61,293 bases of DNA, from assembly GCA_051002015.1 (NCBI GenBank), contig JBPCMS010000031.1, positions 1 to 61,293 of the forward strand. Direction: 5' to 3'. This document shows positions 58,220-61,293 of this stretch, piece by piece. How positions within the stretch are numbered: position 1 is the stretch's first letter; every line of letters starts with the position of its first letter. The notes under the pieces were generated by a model. The model ran no database searches. It was not told the DNA's origin and saw nothing but the letters and a program-made list of their open reading frames with translations. The position numbers and the translations under genes are program-made. Origin of the DNA: Acidimicrobiia bacterium. Lineage in GTDB: Bacteria; Actinomycetota; Acidimicrobiia; Spongiisociales; UBA5794.

Positions 58220-61200
58220 GTGGAGCGTCGATGGCCGCTGGTCGATCCGTCCGTGACCAGAGACGCCTGCGGTGTCGGGTTCATCGCCGACCGCCACGGG
58301 CGTTCCACCCACCGGCTCCTCCGCACCGCGGTCACCTGCCTGCACAACCTCGATCACCGCGGCGCCCGCTCCGCAGACGGCACCGGCGATGGGGCCGGCA
58401 TCATGACCCGGCTGCCCTACCGGCTCCTGGCCCGCGAGCTGCACGCCGCCGGTCTCCCCGTTCCCGATCCGCGGTCGCTCGGGGTGGTCATGGTCTTCCT
58501 TCCCCCCGGCCACGAGGAGGCGGCCCGCAGCCACATCGCCGCCACGATGGCAGACGAACGCATCGACCTGCTGTTGTGGCGTCGGGTCCCGGTGGGCCCG
58601 ATGGCGCTGTCCGAGACCGCCCGCCGTTCGATGCCGGTGATCGCCCAGGCGCTGGTCAGCATCGACGATGACGATCCCGACCGGTTCGAGCGTCGGCTGT
58701 TTCTGGCCAGGCGCCGCATCCGTCGCACCCTTCCAGACGGCCTCGCCGGGACCTTCGTGGTCTCGGCGTCCTGTCGCACCGTGGTGTACAAGGGTCTCTT
58801 CACCGCCGCCCGCATCGACGACTTTTACTGGGACCTGAAGGACCCGACCTTCGAGGCCGACTTCGCCATCTTCCACCAGCGCTACTCCACCAACACCGAA
58901 CCGGCGTGGGCCCTGGCCCAGCCGTTCCGGATGCTGGCCCACAACGGGGAGATCAACACCATCCAGGCCAACCGCTCGTGGATGGAGGCGCGCAGCCAGA
59001 ACCTGTCCAACGCGGTGTGGGGCGACCGCACCGACGACCTCCGCCCCCTGGTGGCGCAGTCGGGGAGCGATTCGGCCGGTCTCGACAACGCCTTCGAGGT
59101 GCTGGTGCGTTCGGGTCGGACCATCGCCCACGTCAAGGAGATGCTGATCCCGTCGGCGTGGGAGAACGTCCCCGATCTCGACCCCGACCTGCGTGCCTTC
59201 TACGAGTACCACGCCTTCCTCACCGAACCTTGGGACGGCCCCGCCGCCATCGCCGCCTCCGACGGCAGGCATGTCATCGCCGGGCTGGATCGCAACGGGC
59301 TCAGGCCGGCCCGGTGGACGGTCACTCCCGAGGTGATCATCGTGGCCTCCGAGGCAGGGATCGCCCCCGCCCAGGAGATCGAGGCGGAGCGCACCGGGCA
59401 GCTCGGACCGGGCGAGATCGTCCGGGTGGACCTGACCACCGGGGAGATCGCCTTCGACGATCGGGTCAAGCGGGACCTGGCCGGGCGCGCCCCGTACGCC
59501 GACTGGATCAGCACCGAGACCAACTACGTGCGCCACCCGTTCGACCCGCTCCAGGACGAGCGGTTCGACCCCGAGCGGCTGGTCCGGGTGTTCGGCTACA
59601 CCGCGGAGGAGCGCCGGCTGATCCTGGAGCCGATGGCGCTGGGCGTCGAGCCGGTGCTGTCGATGGGCAACGACACCGGGCTGGCCGTGCTGTCCGCCAC
59701 CCCGCAGCGGATCAGCCGCTACTTCCACCAGGCGTTCGCCCAGGTGACCAACCCGCCGATGGACCCGATCCGGGAACGCCTGGTTATGTCGCTGCAGACG
59801 TACGTGGGGCGGCGGGGCTCGATCCTGGAGGAGACCAGGCAGCAGGCCCACCTGATGGAGCTCTCGTCGTGCGTGCTCAGCGACGCCGAGATCGAGCGTC
59901 TGCGCAACTCGACCGACCCAGGGTTCCGGGCGGTGTGGGTCCGGGCGCTGTTCCCGGCGGGGAGCGGGGCCGAGGGGCTGCGTCGGGCCATGGTCGACCT
60001 CGGCGACCGGGTGGAGATGGCGGTCCGCTCCGGGGCCACGATCCTGATCCTCTCCGACCGCGAGGTCGACGCAGATCACGCCCCGGTGCCGATGGCGCTG
60101 GCGGTCGGCGCCGTCCACCACCGGCTGATCGAGTCGGGGCTGCGGCTCGACGCCTCGATCGTCGCCGTGTCCGGCGAGCCGCGCGACCCCCATGACCTGG
60201 CCTGCCTCATCGGCTTCGGGGCATCGGCGGTGAACCCGTATCTCGCCATCGAGGAGGTGCGGGCGATGGCCGAGCGCGGCGACGTCGCCGTGGGGGTGGT
60301 CGAGGCCCAGGAGAACTACCGGGCCGCCCTGGAGAAAGGCCTGCTCAAGATCATGTCGAAGATGGGGATCTGCACCATCGCCTCGTACCGGGGGAGCGAG
60401 CTGTTCGAGGCGATCGGGCTCGACCCCGAGGTGTGCGACCTGGCCTTCCGCTACGTGTCCCGCCGGGTGGGAGGCGCCGGGTTCGCGCGGATCGCCGCCG
60501 ACACCGAGGCCAGACACGCCTCGTTCACCGGCGGCGACGAGGATCCGGGCGGGTTCTACAAGCACCGCCGGGGTGGGGCGCCCCACATCAACGGGCCCAA
60601 GGCGGTGCTGGCGTTGCAGAAGGCGGTGCGCCACGACGATCCCGCCCGGTGGCAGGAGTTCGTGGCGCTGGTGGAGACCGAGCGTCCCCCGCTCGAGCTG
60701 CGCGACCTGCTCACCGTCCGGCCGCTCGGTCCGCCCATCCCGGTTGACGGGGTGCAGTCGGTCGACCAGGTGATGCGACGGTTCACCACGGCGGCGATGT
60801 CGCTGGGGGCGCTGTCGGCCGAGGCCCACGAGACCCTGGCCGAGGCGATGAACTACCTGGGCGGGCTGTCGAACTCGGGTGAGGGGGGCGAGGACCCGGC
60901 TCGGTTCGGGACCCCGCGCAGCTCGTCGATCAAGCAGGTGGCCAGCGGCCGCTTCGGGGTGACACCCGGGTACCTGGCCTCGGCCGAGGAGCTGCAGATC
61001 AAGATCGCCCAGGGCTCCAAGCCCGGTGAGGGAGGCCAGCTCCCCGGGCACAAGGTATCGGTGGAGATCGCCAGGCTGCGTCACACCGAGCCGGGGGTGA
61101 CCCTGATCTCCCCGCCGCCCCATCACGACATCTATTCGATCGAAGACCTGGCCGAGCTGATCCACGACCTCAAGGTGTTCAAGCCGCTGGCGCGGGTGTC

Positions 61201-61293
61201 GGTCAAGCTGGTCTCCGGCCCGGGGGTGGGGACCATCGCCGTCGGGGTGGCCAAGGCGCTGGCCGACGTGGTCACCATCTCGGGCAACGGTGG
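58220..61293 (+). CDS. gltB: glutamate synthase large subunit (5' partial; runs off the window)
   Basis: GTG at 58220 reads VERRWPLVDPSVTRDACGVGF, then 'HRGA..ADG..GDGAGI', 'HQRYSTNT', 'HNGEINT', 'EPWDGPA', 'QVTNPP.D', 'NSGEGGE', 'QVASGRFGV', 'QGSKPGEGGQLPG', 'PPPHHDIYSIEDLA'. Absent from the ORF track because it has no stop in the window. Confidence 0.96.
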   Translation, partial: MERRWPLVDPSVTRDACGVGFIADRHGRSTHRLLRTAVTCLHNLDHRGARSADGTGDGAGIMTRLPYRLLARELHAAGLPVPDPRSLGVVMVFLPPGHEEAARSHIAATMADERIDLLLWRRVPVGPMALSETARRSMPVIAQALVSIDDDDPDRFERRLFLARRRIRRTLPDGLAGTFVVSASCRTVVYKGLFTAARIDDFYWDLKDPTFEADFAIFHQRYSTNTEPAWALAQPFRMLAHNGEINTIQANRSWMEARSQNLSNAVWGDRTDDLRPLVAQSGSDSAGLDNAFEVLVRSGRTIAHVKEMLIPSAWENVPDLDPDLRAFYEYHAFLTEPWDGPAAIAASDGRHVIAGLDRNGLRPARWTVTPEVIIVASEAGIAPAQEIEAERTGQLGPGEIVRVDLTTGEIAFDDRVKRDLAGRAPYADWISTETNYVRHPFDPLQDERFDPERLVRVFGYTAEERRLILEPMALGVEPVLSMGNDTGLAVLSATPQRISRYFHQAFAQVTNPPMDPIRERLVMSLQTYVGRRGSILEETRQQAHLMELSSCVLSDAEIERLRNSTDPGFRAVWVRALFPAGSGAEGLRRAMVDLGDRVEMAVRSGATILILSDREVDADHAPVPMALAVGAVHHRLIESGLRLDASIVAVSGEPRDPHDLACLIGFGASAVNPYLAIEEVRAMAERGDVAVGVVEAQENYRAALEKGLLKIMSKMGICTIASYRGSELFEAIGLDPEVCDLAFRYVSRRVGGAGFARIAADTEARHASFTGGDEDPGGFYKHRRGGAPHINGPKAVLALQKAVRHDDPARWQEFVALVETERPPLELRDLLTVRPLGPPIPVDGVQSVDQVMRRFTTAAMSLGALSAEAHETLAEAMNYLGGLSNSGEGGEDPARFGTPRSSSIKQVASGRFGVTPGYLASAEELQIKIAQGSKPGEGGQLPGHKVSVEIARLRHTEPGVTLISPPPHHDIYSIEDLAELIHDLKVFKPLARVSVKLVSGPGVGTIAVGVAKALADVVTISGNG

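Overview
High-GC (roughly 70% by eye) actinobacterial chromosome segment, probably Acidimicrobiia. That call is an inference from the mfd-PPIase-mazG-eno-divIC-DUF501-ppx synteny, the F420/LLM enzymes, Thr-rich lipoproteins and pervasive leaderless genes. Content is mostly housekeeping: mfd, eno, EF-G2, tRNA-Leu(UAA), amtB, dps, an ABC-F protein, a two-component system, a Pat-type acetyltransferase, menF/D/A/B/E, three proteases and the 5' part of gltB. Main unusual observations: (1) a coupled pair of paralogous SGNH-like proteins at the left edge, one keeping DxxH and the other lacking it but fused to a non-canonical lipoyl/biotinyl-like carrier domain; (2) a vapBC module inserted in the eno-ppx cluster, behind a RecA-NDp/PafBC-type promoter plus a perfect LexA box, whose leaderless ATG is in frame with the antitoxin; (3) four copies of a 50-bp palindromic REP-like repeat plus a second palindrome type; (4) a hidden 67-aa Cys/His microprotein upstream of htrA, also fused in frame to an EEP gene; (5) two decayed loci. 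All product calls come from motif recognition by eye; no database searches were run.
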